Shown here in pieces: positions 1 to 13,669 of a DNA stretch of 64,000 nt. Source of the DNA: Mobula hypostoma (lineage: Eukaryota). The stretch's first letter is position 1. Each line of letters begins with the position of its first letter. The stretch is from contig NC_086103.1 of the NCBI RefSeq assembly GCF_963921235.1, positions 147,188,001-147,252,000 on the forward strand, in the 5' to 3' direction. The notes under the pieces were generated by a model. That model searched no databases. It saw only the letters and a program-made list of their open reading frames with translations, and was not told where the DNA came from. Made by a program: the position numbers and the translations under genes.

Positions 1-1000
1 AATTTCTGACACCTCCCTTCCCTTTCTTGATCTCCCTGTCTCTATCTCTGGAGATAGTTTATCTACTGATATCTTTTTAAAAAAACCCTGATTCTCAGAG
101 TTACTTGGACTATACCTCTTCCTACCTTGTCACTTGTAAAAATGCGAACCCCTTCTCTGAATTCCCCTGTCTCCACTGCATCTGGTCTCAGGATGAGACT
201 TACTTTCCTCCACCATCAACACTGTCTTCACCCTTTTCTCTTCCTTTTCGTGCATGTCTCTCCTCACTCTATCCTCCAGCCACCCCACCAGGGTTAGGGT
301 TCCTCGTCCTCACATATCAGCCCAGTAGTCTCTGCATCCAGCACATAATTCTCTGTAACTCCCATCGTCTTCAACAGGATCCCATCACCAAGCACAACTT
401 TTCCTCCCCCATTTTCCGCTTTCCCACAGGGATTGTTCCCTACGCAACTCCCCTGTCCATTCATCCCTCCCCACTAATCTTCCTCTTGGTATTTATCCTT
501 GCAAGCAGAACAAGTGTTAGAACTGCTCTGACACCTCCTCCCTCACTCCTATTCAGGGTCCCATACAGTCCTTCCAGGTGAGGTGACACTTCACGTGTGA
601 GTCTGTTAGTGCCTCCTGTATATCGGTGAAACCCGAAGTAGATTAGGATCTCTCAGTGGCTACCTTTTTTAATTCTACTTCCCATTTTTAAGCCGACATG
701 TCAGTCCATGGCCTCCTCTACTGCAGCAATGAGGTCACACTCAGGCTGGAGGAGCAACACCTTATATTCCGTCTGGGTAGCCTCCAACCTAATGGCATGA
801 ACATCAATTTCTCAAACTTTTGGTAACTGTCCCCCTAACCTTCACCATTGCCATTCTTGCTTTCCCTCTCACCTTAACTCCTTACCTGCCATCACCTCCC
901 TCTGGTGCTCCTGCCCCTTCCTATTCTTCCATGGTCTTCTACCTTCTCCTATCAGATTCCCCCTTCTCCTGCCCTTTATCTCTTTCACCAATCGACTTAT
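1..1000 (+). mobile_element. Decayed Penelope-like element: RT C-terminus, GIY-YIG endonuclease end and pyrimidine-rich 3' region
   Basis: LPFLDL...SYLDYTSS...PFSEF motifs; ORF end RLEEQHLIFRLGSLQPNGMNINFSNF*. Confidence 0.8.
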
Positions 1001-2475
1001 TGGCGAAGTATATTTATTCTACATGTTTATTCACTCCTCACTTGCCACAAACACACTCTGACAACTATGTCCCACAAGACTTGGCCAGTTCCATCAAAAT
1101 AGCTGCCACTGGGCACTCCACATTGTGGACACACGTATATTGCAGCCAGAATCATTCTGTTCTCTTTCCAGCTTTAGCATTCCTTCCCAAGTTTGTTCAT
1201 CAGTTGAAAAAGGAAGCCAGTTAGTAATCAGGAGGAGTTTTCCTTGCCCATGTTGATATGTTAAAAGCTCCCAGGACAACTGCCTCATTCCTACTTTGTA
1301 AATTCCATATTATTAACTGCATTTAACTTTCACCGATACCACAGTGGCATCTGAACTCAGTTTCCTGGACAATCAGTCCAGGCCTCTGGATTACTAGTTG
1401 AATAACTTAACTGCTGTGATCTTACACAATGATATTTATTAAGCAGCATATCTTGAATTTAAAAATAACTTTTGCTATTGAGTGGAACAATACTCATCTA
1501 TTGCAAAAAAAATTCCCAGAACATATTTGCATAATGTGTTGAAGGAACCAAAGCAAAATCTAACCACTGGGCGAACTCAGAGGGTCAAGCCACATCTGTG
1601 GAGGCAACATTTCATGTTGAGACCCTGCAACAGGCCTCCAGAATCCAGCAGCTGCTGTCTCATTTTTATCTCCCTTGGCCAATCTGGATATGCATGGAAT
1701 GTCTGAGCCACACTAGTATGACTGAAATAATATTTACACAATTCTCATTGTCTCAAGATAGTCCAAAACATTTTTAAATTAATTACTTTCTATTGTTAGT
1801 TACTGTTGTAATGCTCCATACTATACTGTATTAGTGCAATAAACAAATCCATACTTTTCTTAGTAAAACATTTTCATCATATCAGCAAACACTTTGGTAC
1901 CTGATGCAGTGTCATCCTGCTTAACTCCTCCTTCCTGGTAATTTGCAAGGAGGCTTCATTTTTAAACTCTATGAACAAGGAAAGCAGATGACAGTAATAA
2001 AAAGGTGAACTCAAACAAAAGGAAGTCACAGCACAACTAAATTATCTTGACAAGATTTGCTTAACAGTGTGTTTTCAATTGTACATAATTAAATTATTTA
2101 GCAAAAGCAAATAATAAATATTATTTTATCATTTTGGCAAAAGGCTTTCTCTGCTCTTCATGGTGAAATCAAAAAAATATTGTAAAGGACAAAATTGGTC
2201 ATCCAGAATAAGACCTGTTACAAGAAATGTAATTTTATTATTTGTATTAAAAAAAATAAATAAAATTTTAGCTTGATGTAAAAGTTACATTGGCTTCATG
2301 ATTAAATGAAAACATCTATCATCAAAATTTATTGTCATGACCTCCTACACTTCTACTGTTAATTACCAAGTTTAACAAAATGCTAAAGTCAAACACTAGA
2401 TGGCAGCAGTGAAACACAACTGGAGTATCAATCCTTGAGGACAAGTTGAAAAAAAATCCCTTTTAACTATTGCAA

Positions 2476-2950
2476 AATTCAAAGTAAATTTCAAAGTTCA
2501 AAGTGAATTTATTATCAAAGTATATATTTATTGCCATATACTATCTTGAGATTATTTTCATGCAGGCATTTATAGGGAAAAAGAAATATGACAGAATTTT
2601 ATGAAAAGCTGTGCATAAAGACAAAAACTGACAATCAGTATGCAAAAGACGACAAATTGTGCAAATAAAAATGATATTGGCAACATGAGTTGTAGAGAGT
2701 CCTTGGGAGTGAGTACATAGATTGTAGAATTAATTCAGAGAACTGGTGAATTAAGTTATCCGCACCACTTCAGGGGCCTGATTGCAGTAGGATAATAATT
2801 GCTCCTAAACCGGGATGTGTGGGGGACCTAAAGTTTCTGTACCTCCTGTCCAGTGGTTAGTAGTGAGAAGAGTGGATAGCCTGGAATTTGGGGTTCTTTG
2901 ATGACAGAAACTGATTTCTTGCGGCAGTGACTGTAACTTTATCAATGGTG
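2476..2950 (-). mobile_element. LINE 3' end (Rex1/Babar-like) with (TTTGAAC)n-type tail
   Basis: Same tail and 3' region as the copies at 5838 and 29512. Confidence 0.6.
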
Positions 2951-3269
2951 GTTCAAGATAATCCTGACAATATGATAAGTGCCTGTCAGGGTTCTCACAA
3001 AATCAGAAAATGAGTATCATATATCTTGAATACACCTTGAATAAATGTGCCTGTGTATGGGAAATCTGCAAATGGCCCATGGCAATTGAATTAAAAGGTA
3101 AAGGTTGTAACTACTTCCACTAGAGCTGGATATTATCAGTGTGAGTAAAGAGCAAGCAGGAATGTCACCGAAAACAACAGGAATTCTGCAGATGCTGGAA
3201 ATTCAAGCAACACACATCAAAGTTGCTGGTGAACGCAGCAGGCCAGGCAGCATCTGTAGGAAGAGGTGC

Positions 3270-3305
3270 AGTCGACGTTTCAGGCCGAGACCCTTCGTCA
3301 GGACT
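3270..3305 (-). ncRNA. Minimal type I hammerhead ribozyme, core intact
   Basis: Reverse complement reads AGTC-CTGACGA-AGG(GTCTCGG)CCT-GAAAC-GTC-GACT; stem I AGTC/GACT; palindromic ACGT stem III; predicted cut between 3274 and 3273. Confidence 0.82.
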
Positions 3306-3857
3306 AACTGAAGGAAGAGTGAGTAAGAGATTTGAAAGTTAGAGGGGGAGGGGGAGATACAAAATGATAGGAGAAGACAGGAGCGGGAGGGATAGAGCCA
3401 AGAGCTGGACAGGTGATAGGCAAAAGGGGATACGAGAGGATCATGGGACAGGAGGTCCGGGAAGAAAGATGGTGGGGGGGGGGAACCCAGAGGATGGGCA
3501 AGAGGTATATTCAGATGGACACGTTGATGGCATGTACATTGACTTCTCTAACTTCCGCTAAGGCCCCACCTCCCCCTCGTACCCCATCTGTTACTTATTT
3601 TTATGCACACATTCTTTCTCTCACTCTCCTTTTTCTCCCTCTGTCCCTCTGAATATACCTCTTGCCCATCCTCTGGGTCCCCCCCCCCGCTTATCTTTCT
3701 TCCCGGACCTCCTGTCCCATGATCCTCTCGTATCCCCTTTTGCCTATCACCTGTCCAGCTCTTGGCTCTATCGTTCCCCCTCCTGTCTTCTCCTATCATT
3801 TTGTATCTCCCCCTCCCCCTCCAACTTTCAAATCCCTTACTCACTCTTCCTTCAGTT

Positions 3858-3893
3858 AGTCCTAACGAAGGGTCTCGGCCTGAAACGTCAACT
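3858..3893 (+). ncRNA. Hammerhead ribozyme copy, core mutated (CTAACGA)
   Basis: agtc-ctaacga-agggtctcggcct-gaaac-gtc-aact. Confidence 0.6.
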
Positions 3894-4261
3894 GCACCTC
3901 TTCCTACAGATGCTGCCTGGCCTGCTGTGTTCACCAGCAACTTTGAGGAATGTCACCGAGTTTGGGGTGCAGGTTGAGATAGTTCCGAGGTGTGAAACAA
4001 AATCTTGCTTTTATATTGATGGATTCAAGCAATTTGCTGACAACTGATGACAATTCAAATAATTTATTGATCCTTATTTTTTTCACCTTTCACAGCAATT
4101 ATATTTTCTGCCTTCCAAATTGCTGGTGCTTCTGTATAATGTCAGGAATCCTGAATAATCAACAGTAGTGCACTCACAATCTCTGTAGCCTTCTACAACA
4201 CAGAGATACCCTGAATTTCTCTGGTATATTCTTGCTTGTGTTATTATTTACTTATTTTGAG

Positions 4262-4480
4262 ATACTGCGTGGAACAGGCCCTTCCGGCCCAATGAGCCAC
4301 ATCACCCAGTCACCCCTCCTATTTAACACTAGCCTAATCACAGAATAATTTATAATGGCCAATTCGCCAACTGATCCGTAGGAGGAAACTGGAATACCCG
4401 GAGGAAACCCATGCAGTTCATAGGGAGATCATACAAACTCCTTACAGACTGTGCCAGAATTGAACTCTGAACCCTGGAAC
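4262..4480 (-). mobile_element. V-domain SINE fragment
   Basis: Reverse complement of GAGTTTGTATG..CTCCC..TGGGTTTCCTCCGGG core; same family as the copy at 43880. Confidence 0.65.
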
Positions 4481-5837
4481 ACTTCTAACAAGTACTAGAA
4501 TTGATAAATGGAAAACTGCATTCAGTCACAATGTAAATTCTAAATGATGAGGAATTAAACCTTAAATTGTGTATTCTTTCTCATTATTTAACTCATGGAA
4601 TATAGATATCTTTCTAGTATACCACGTGAGCATTTCTTTCTGACAAATTGGTTTGCACTGATCCCTGCACTTGCTGCCCTTGATAGTCCCATACCCACGC
4701 TAATATGTGCAGCAATGTGCCTCGCAAGGTCTTGCAAAAACAACGGGGTTGTTTCCCCAATATAGAGTGGGAACTCCTTAGTGCAAGAGGTTTAGATGGG
4801 GCAGATTTTGTTAGGTACATCCAAGCTGGTTCTTTAAATCATTACATACAGTAGATAGATTCTGTAGAAGGGCCATACTGGAGCTCATATTGGGAAATGA
4901 ACCACTTCAGGTGACTGACACTTCAATGGGAGAACATCGAAGAAGTAGTAATCAAACTCTTTCAGCTTTAAGTGTGACCTTGAAAGAGAGTTTTAAATTG
5001 CTTTAAGACAAATTACGAGACTATTAGGCAGGAACCAGGGAGAGTTAATTGGAAACAGCTGTTTTTGGGCAAGACCACATCTGACATTTTGAGGGTGTTT
5101 AAAGACCAACTGCACAGAGTATAGGACAGGTATGTTTCGATAAGAAAGAAGGACAGGGAATGAAAAGGAGGGGAACATTAGGTGACAAGAGAGACGGCAA
5201 ATTTAGTTAGGAAGAGAAATGTAGTGTATGTAAAACTTGAGCCCTTGAGGTTTATAATGTTGCAAGAAAATGATTCAAGAAGAAAGATCCCGAAAGGGCC
5301 ATGAAAAGATCTTGGCAAGTATGTTTAGGTAGCCATTCTACACATACATCAAGAACAATAGAATAACTTGGTATAAGGTAGAAACACTCAAGGAGAAAAG
5401 AGGGAGCATATGCTTGGAGGCAGAGGATGTGGGTGAGGTCCTAATGAGTATTTTGCAATGGTACTTAGCAAGGAGAAGGACGTGGAGGATAGTGAAATCA
5501 CTGTGGAGTACGCAAATGTACTGGGGCATTTTGAGAAAAAGAAAATGGTCATGTTGCATCTCTTGGAAAAAGTGAAGGTGGATAAGTACCCAAGGCCTAA
5601 TGTTTATTGGGAGACAAGAAGTGAGATTGCTGGGTCCTCCCTATCCGCAGGCATAAGTACTGGCAAGTAGCTAATGTTGTTCCATTATTCGAAAGGGAAA
5701 TAGGGATAATCCAGAAATCTATTGTCTGGTAAGTCGAGTGTCAGTGGTAGAGAAGCTGTTGGAGAGGATTCTTAGGGATATGAGCATTTGGGACAGCCAG
5801 CATGGAATTTTGTGGGGGAAGGCATGCCTTATTAATG

Positions 5838-7045
5838 GTTCAAAGTTCAAAGTAAAATTTATTATCAGAGTGCATATATGTCACCACACACAATCCCGAG
5901 ATTCTTTTGCTGTGGGCATACTTAGCAAATCTATAGAACGGTAACTGTAAACAGGATTAATGAACAACAAACTGTGCAATGCAAATATAAATAAATAGCA
6001 ATAAAGAATGAGCATGAAATAACAAAATAAAGAGTCCTACATGTGAGACCATTGGTTGTGGGAACACCAGAAATAGAATGAGTGTAGTTAACATGAGGAA
6101 TTCTGCAGATGCTGGAAATACAAGCAACACACATCAAAGTTGCTGGTGAACACAGCAGGCCAGGCAGCATGTCTAGGACGAGTGGCCACACATTTTAATT
6201 CCACATCCCATTCCCATTCTGATATGTCTATACATGGCCTCCTCTACTGTAAAGATGAAGCCACACTCAGGTTGGAGGAACAACACCTTATATTCCGTCT
6301 GGGTAGCCTCCAACCTGATGGCATGAACACTGACTTCTCTAACTTCCGCTAATGCCCCACCTCCCCCTCGTACCCCATCCGTTATTTATTTATATACACA
6401 CATTCTTTCCCTCTCTCTCCTTTTTCTCCCTTTGTCCCTCTGACTATACGCCTTGTCCATCCTCTGGGTTCCCCCCCTCCCCCTTTTCCTTCTCTCTGTC
6501 CCATGATCCTCTCATATCCCTTTTGCCAATCAACTGTCCAGCTCTTGGATCTCCCTCTCCCCCTCCCACTTTTAAATCTCTTACTAGCTTTTCCTTCAGT
6601 TAGTCCTGACGATGAGTGTAGTTATCCTCTTTTGTTCAATAGCTTAATGGTTGAGGAGTAGTAACTGTTCTCGAACCTGGTGATGCGAGTCCTGAGATGC
6701 CTACACCTTCTACTTGATGGCAGCAGTGAGAAAAGAGCCTGGCCTGGCTGGTGAGAATCTTTGATGATGGATGCTGCCATCATCCAACATTTCATGTAGA
6801 TGTGTTCAATGGTTGAGAGGGTTTTACCCGTGATGTACTGGGTCGAATCTACTCCATTTAGTAGGGTTTATCACTCAAAGTCATTGGTGTTCCCATACCA
6901 GATGGTAATGCAGCAAGTCAGTACACTTTCCACCACACGTCTAGAGAAGTTTGCTAAGGTTTTTAATGACATGCTGAATCTCCGTAGACTCCTGAGGAAA
7001 TAGAGGTGCTGTTGTGCTTTCTTTGCAATTTTATTTATGTGATGG
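5838..7045 (-). mobile_element. Rex1/Babar-like LINE 3' fragment
   Basis: [16 protein letters not shown]...VESVLTCCITIWYGN; AATAAA and (TTTGAAC)n tail. Confidence 0.75.
6091..6611. mobile_element. Penelope-like insertion with a short inverted terminus
   Basis: Inverted pLTR end 6091-6180, then forward GIY-YIG C-terminus RLEEQHLIFRLGSLQPDGMNTDFSNFR*; stops inside the ribozyme core (AGTCCTGACG); 13-bp TSD ATGAGTGTAGTTA at 6078-6090 and 6612-6624. Confidence 0.88.
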
Positions 7046-7329
7046 TAAAGCAATAGATGTTGTCTACATGGATTTTAGCAAGGCATTTGGCAAGGTTTCT
7101 CACTGTAAGCTCGTCCTGAAGAATAAGATGCAAGATCCACAGTGACTTGACTGGATTCAAAATTGTCTTGCCCGTAGAAAACAGAGGATATTGGTTAATG
7201 TGATTTACTCAGGGTGGAAGTCTGTGACTAGTGGTGTTCCAATGTAATCCAAACTGGGACCACTGCTGTTTGAGATATATTCAAATAATTTGGATAAAAA
7301 TGTGAATGGTTAGGTTTGGAAGTTCTTGG

Positions 7330-8495
7330 ATGACAGATCGTCTTTCAAGAGGGTGGACCCTTGCAAGACGACAAACCCTGATGGGGTACCTGATAGGGCT
7401 CTGAAAACCCGTGCCAACCAACTGGTGGGTGTATTCAAAAACATTTTCAATTTTTCATTATTACAGTCAGAAGTTCCGACCTACTTCAAAAGGGCAACAA
7501 TTATACCAGTGTCCAAGAAGAGCGGGGTGAGCTGCCGTAATGACTATCACCCAGTAGCATTCACATCTATGGTGATTAAGTGCTTCAAAGGTTGGTTATG
7601 GCTAGAATTAACTCCAGTCTCAGCAAGGACCTGGACCCACTGCAATTTGCCTTTCACCACAATAGGGCTACAGCAGATCTGATCTCATTGGCTCTTCATA
7701 CAGCCTTGGATCACTTGGATAATACTAATACTCATGTCAGGCTGCTGTTTGCTGACTACAGTCCAGTGTTTAACACAATCATTCCTACAGATCTCCAAAA
7801 CCTGTGGTTCTGTACCTCTCTCCGCAACTGGATCCTTGACGTCCTCATTGGAGGACTGTGCCGTGTGGATCAGAAATATCATCTCCACTTTCATCTTCAG
7901 AAACAGTAAGACGAGGGAACACACACCAGTCCACCAGGGATCAGAAGTGGAAAGAGTGAGCAATTTTAAATTTCTGAGGATCTATCTAGGGCCTAACATA
8001 TCGATGCAGTTACAGAGAAGGCATGACCGCGGCTATATTTCATTAGGAGTTTGAGGAGATTTGGTTGTCACCAAAGACACTTGCAAATTTCTACAGATTT
8101 ACTGTAGAGAGCATTCTAACTGGCTGCATAACCATCTGGTATGGGGGGGGGGGTGGTCACTGCACAGGATCGAAATAAACTGCAGAAAGTTGTGAACTCA
8201 GTCAACTCCATCATGGGCACGAGCCTCACCATCATCCAGGAAACCTTCAAGGAGCAACGACTCTAAAAGCTGGTATCCATCATTAATGAGCACCATCACC
8301 CAGAACATGCCCTCTTCTCATTGCTACCATCAAGAAGGAGGTACAATTCAGGAACAGCTTTTGCCTCTCTACCATCAGATTTCTGAATGGATATTGAACC
8401 CATGAACACTACCTCACTACTTTTTTTAAAACTGCTGCCACATAACAACAAATTTCACGACATATGCCGGTGATATTAAACCTGATTCCGATTCA
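7330..8495 (+). mobile_element. Rex1/Babar-like LINE RT fragment
   Basis: PDGVP..LK..A.QL.GVF; NDY.PVA.TS; LDPLQFA; VRLLFADYS..FNTI; tail taaacctgattccgattc. Confidence 0.8.
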
Positions 8496-9144
8496 GAAGA
8501 TTGATGGTGTTGTGGATGGTGTAGAAGATTGCAAAAGGATACAGCATGATATTAGATCTGTTATAGATATTAGTGGAGAAATTGCAGATGGAGTTTAATC
8601 TGGGTAAGAGTGTGTCATTGCACTTTGTAACAATATTTACTTACTGAGAGGTCTTGGGGTCAAAGTCTATCTCTCACTGAAAGTCACTATATACATTGAT
8701 AGTGTGGTAAAGAAGGCATATGTGACATTTGCTTTTTTTAGTCATGGCACTGAGGTCAAGAGTCAAGAAGTTATATTGTAGCTTTATACAACTCTGGTTA
8801 GATACACCTGGAGTATTGTATTCAGTTCTGGTCACCCCACTGTAGCAAGAGAGGGCGCAGAAGTGACTTAAATATGCTGACTGAATTAGATGCTAGATGC
8901 TGTAGGAGAGGTTGGACAAATTAGGGTTGTTTTCTGTTAAATAGCAGAGACTGAGGAGAAACCTAACAGACGTTTACAAAATTGTGAGATGCATAGATAG
9001 CAGATATCTTGTTCTCAGGGTCAAACTATCTAACTCAAGAGGGCATTTAAGTTGAGAGGTGGAAAGTTCACAGAATTTTTTTTACGCAGAGTGTATTGGG
9101 TATCTGGAATGCACAACCAGGGTGGTGGAAGCAGATACAACATA

Positions 9145-11745
9145 TAAACAGTTGTAGATGATTGTGTCCCCACAAAATCATTCAGTTTTCCCCAGTAAGG
9201 AGTCCTGGATGAACCATGAGATATGCAATATGCTAAGGGCCAGATCAGTGGCATTCAGGTCTGGTGACAAAGGAAAATACAAAAGGTCTAGTTACAATCT
9301 GCAGAAAACTATCTCAAATATGAAGTGGCAATTCCAGACCAAAACTGAATCACTGAAGGATGTTTAACAGCAGTGGCAGGGCTAGAATGCTCTTAGCTCC
9401 TACAAAGTGAATTGAATTGACTTTATTACTTAGATCCTTCATATACATGATGAGTAAAAATCTTTTACATTACATTTCCATCTAAATGTGCATTAAGCAA
9501 ACTATAGTAATTTATAATAAATAGAATGTACAACAGGACAATCAATATAACATTGAAATACAATTGTATCAGCATGAATTAATCAGTCTGATGGCCTGGT
9601 GGAAGAAGCTGTCCCGGAGCCTTTTGGTCCCGGCTTTTATGCTGCGGTACTGTTTCCCGGATGGTAGCAGCTGGAACAGTTTGTGGTTGGGGTGACTCAG
9701 GTCCCCAATGATCCTTCGGGCCCTTTTTACATACCTGTCTTTGTAAATGTCCTGAATAGAGGGAAGTTCACATCTACAAATGCGCTGGGCTGTCCACACC
9801 ACTCTCTGCAGAGTCCTGCGATTGAGGGAAGTACAGTTCCCATACCAGGCAGTGATGCAGCCAGTCAGGATGCTCTCAATTTTGCCCCTGTAGAAAGTTC
9901 TTAGGATTTGGGGGCCCATACCAAACTTCTTCAGTCATCTGAGGTGAAAGAGGCACTGTCATGTCTTTTTCACCACACAGCCGGTATGTACAGACCACGT
10001 GAAATCCTCGATGATGTTTATGCCGAGGAACTTAAAGCTGCTCACCCACTCAACCCCAGATCCATTGATGCCAATAGGCTCTCCATTCCTCCTGTAGTTC
10101 ACAACCAGCTCCTTTGTTTTGTAAACCAAGGGACATGGGTGACATCCAGGCTTCGCCAAAAAAAGAGCTCAATGCCTTTTATGCTTGCTTTGACCGTCAA
10201 AACATGGAACCTTCACAAACTTCCACTGCCCCCAGTGACCCTGTGATTTCAGTCTCTGAGGTGGATGTGCGAGCATCCTTCAGGAGGGTGAACACAAGAA
10301 AACATCTGGCCCAGACAGGGGACCTGGCAGAGTACTAAAGACTTGTGCTGATCAACTGGCTGGAGTGTTCACCAATATCTTTAAACTTTTGCTTTGGCAA
10401 TGTAAGGTACCTACCTGCTTCACGCAGGCTTTAATTATACCAGTGCCAAAGAAAACTGTGGTAACTTGCCTCAATGACTATCGTCCAGTAGCACGTACAT
10501 CTACTTTTGAGAGTCTGGTGATGAAATATATCCACTCCTACCACTTCGATTTGCCTACCGTCGCAACAGGTCCACAGCAGATGCCATTTCATTGGCTCTT
10601 CACTTAACCTTGGAACATCTGGACAGCAAAAATACATACATCAGGATGCTCTTCATTGACTACAGCTCGGCATTTAATACTATCACCCCTGCAAAACTAA
10701 TCAATAAGTTCCACGACTTTGGCCTCAACACCTCCTTGAGCAACTGGATCCTTGATTTCCTCACTTGCCGTCCCCAATCAGTTCGGATTGGCAAAAACAT
10801 CTCCTCTACAATCTCCATCAGCACAGGTGCATCACGAGGCTGTGTGCTTAGCCCTTGCTCTACTCACTTTATACTTAAGACAGTGAGGCTAAGAACAGCT
10901 CCAGTGCCATATTTAAGTTGCTGAGACACCACTGCCATTGGACGAATCAAGGCTGGTGACAAATCAGCATATTGAAAGAGGAGGAAACTGAAAGTCCATG
11001 AGCCAGAACCCATCAGGGGATCAGACATGGAGAGGGTCAGCAACTTTAAATGCTTCAGTGTTATTACTTCAGAGGATCTGCCTTCCGTTCAGCATGTACG
11101 TGCCATTACGAAGAAAGCAATTCTTAGAAGGTTGCCAAGATTCGCCACGTCATTTAAAACTTTAACAAACTTCTATAGATGTGTGGTGCAGAGTACTGGT
11201 TACACCATGGCCTGGTATGGAAAAGCTTACAAAAAGTAGTGGATATCACCCAGTTCGCCATGGGTAAAGCCCTTCCCAGCACTGTGCTAATCTACAAGGA
11301 GTGTTGTCGCTTGAAAGCAGCATCCACCATGCAGGCCATGCTCTTTTCTCACTGCTGCCATCAGGAGCCACACCACCAGGTTCAGGAACAGTTATTACCC
11401 CTCAACCATCAGGCTCTTGAACCAGAGGGAATAACTTCACTCACCCCATCATTGACTGATTCCCATAACCTATAGACGCACTTTTAGGAACTCTTCATCT
11501 CAGGTTCTTGATACTAATTGCTTATTTATTTATTATTATTGTTTCTCCTTTTCTTTTTGTATTTACAGGTTGGTATCTTTTGCACATCAGTTGTTTGTCT
11601 GGACTATTGGGCGTGGTCTTTCATTGATTCTGTTGTGTTTCTTGCGTTTGCTGTGAATGCCCACAAGAAAATGAATCTCACGGTTGTACATGGCAACATA
11701 TGTGTATTTTGAGAATAAATTTACTTTGATCTTCAACCTTCAATT
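9145..11745 (+). mobile_element. Rex1/Babar-like LINE, frameshifted, carrying a nested antisense LINE
   Basis: [40 protein letters not shown] motifs; AATAAA tail near 11714. Confidence 0.8.
9412..10125 (-). mobile_element. Rex1/Babar-like LINE 3' fragment
   Basis: [21 protein letters not shown]...RDSFFHQAIRLIN; (TTCAA)n tail. Confidence 0.75.
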
Positions 11746-12337
11746 TTGATAGAGACGTTTAAGACCCTCTTAGATATGCACATAAAGATGCAGAGAATAG
11801 AGGGACATACCATGTGTGTGCATAAGAGATTAATTTAATTAGCATCTTAATTAGTTTGGGCTGAAAGGCCTCTCCCTGTGCTGCTCTGTGCAATATTCTA
11901 CACTGCTACTGTGGCCATTCTGCAAAGGCCAATAGAACTAGATAAGAAGAAAGTTATAAATTTGTTTAAAAGCACCTGAACCTAAAAGTCATTGACTAAA
12001 AACATAAATATTTATTGAAATAAAGAAAATGAATACTGGTGGCCCTGCTCAAATGAATGTAACTGCACTAGATGTGCTAGCTATGATTCCTATAGAACTG
12101 AGGTGCCATTTATGAACTGCATCCAACCCTACTGGTTCAGCCACTTACAGAATGTCATGGACTTATGGTGCAGTTTTTTAAGTTAATTATTCAAATGAAT
12201 TCAATGCTTTAATTGTTATTAAATGAATTAGTTTTCCAATTAAATGTAGAAATGTTAAAACATATATCTTTTAAAAGATTCTAGATGCTACAGAATGTTT
12301 GACAGCTCGTTAACCTGGGGAGGGGCCTTACTGGTTA

Positions 12338-13297
12338 GAAACATAGAAAACCTACAGCACAATACAGGCCCTTTGGGCCCATAATGCTGTGCCAAGCATG
12401 TACTTACTTTAGAAATTACCTAGGGTTATCAATAGCCCTCCATTTTTCTAAGCTCCATGTACCTACCCAGGAGTCTCTTAAAAGACCCTATCGCATCCGC
12501 CTCCACCACCGTCTGCGGCAACCCATTCCACGCACTCACCACTCTGCATAAAAAACTTAACCCTAACATCTGCTCTGTACCTCTTTCCAAGCACCTGAAA
12601 ACTGTGCCCTCTTGTGTTAGCCATTTCAGCCCTGGGAAAATGCCTCTGACTATCCACATAATCAATGCCTCTCATCATCTTATACACCTCTATCAGGTCA
12701 CCTCTCATCCTCCATTGCTCCAAGGAGAAAAGGCCGAGTTCACTCAACCTATTCCAATAAGGCATGCTCCCCAATCCTGGCAACATCTTTGTAAATCTCC
12801 TCTGCACCCTTTCTATGGTTTCTACGTCCTTCTTATAGTGAGGCGACCAGAACTGAGCACAATACTCCAAGTGGGATCTGACTAGGGTCCTACATAGCTG
12901 CGACATTACCTCTCAGTTCCTAAACTCAATCCCACAGTTGATGAAGGTCAATACACCATATGCTTTCTTAACCACAGAGTCAATCTGCATAACAGCTTTG
13001 AGTGTCCTATGGACTCGGACCCCAAGATCCCTCTGAATCTCCATACTGCCAAGAGCCTTACCAATAATGCTATATTCTGCCATCATATTTGACCTACCAA
13101 AATGAACCACCTCACACTTATATGGGTTGAACTCCATCTGCCACTTCTCAGCCCAGTTTTGCATCCTATCGATGTCCCGTCGTAACCTCTGACAGCCCTT
13201 CACATTATCCACAACACCCCCAGCCTATGTGTCATCAGCAGATTTACTAACCCATCCCTCCACTTCCTTATCCAGGTCATTTATAAAAATCACGAAG
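12338..13297 (-). mobile_element. CR1 LINE 3' fragment
   Basis: WAEKWQMEFNP.KCEV.HFG; LVR.HLEYCAQFWSPHYKKD; RGDLIEVYKMM; TTCTATGTTTCTA tail. Confidence 0.9.
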
Positions 13298-13669
13298 ATT
13301 TTTTAAATTAACTTGCTTGCACATAGATGACCACTAAGTGCTGGGTGACAGGTAAATCCCATGGACAGTAATTAAATGGGAATTGACTTCCACTGATTAA
13401 CATACACAGAAGGGAGAACAGACCGCGAGGATTGTAAGGAGATGGCTGTTAGCCCACGGCGATGGGGTGTTGAGAGAAGGGTGAGGATTTTAAAGCTGAA
13501 CCTTAGAGTAGGAGCCAATGTTTAGTGAGAAGAACTCTTCTCAGTAGAAAGAAGTCATCCACCTGGAACTCTGTACGGTCTCCACAGATGGTGCCTGATC
13601 CACTGAGTATTTCCAGCAATTTTGATTGCTGTTAGAGGACAAACGTGTTCTTAGACATTGAAACAAGTG

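Larger units (their letters stand above)
3172..3945. mobile_element. Penelope-like fold-back insertion (inverted pseudo-LTRs)
   Basis: About 300-bp inverted arms (~3218-3515 and ~3648-3945); spacer holds the ORF end DGMYIDFSNFR*; perfect 14-bp TSD AGGAATGTCACCGA at 3158-3171 and 3946-3959. Confidence 0.9.
4700..11900 (+). mobile_element. Old CR1 LINE split into four pieces (~4700-5835, 7046-7325, 8497-9145, 11748-11900) by nested insertions
   Basis: CR1 ORF2 motifs continue collinearly across the inserts (SQHG / VYMDFSKAF..V / K.GGVVD / VVEAD...FKR.LD). Confidence 0.7.
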
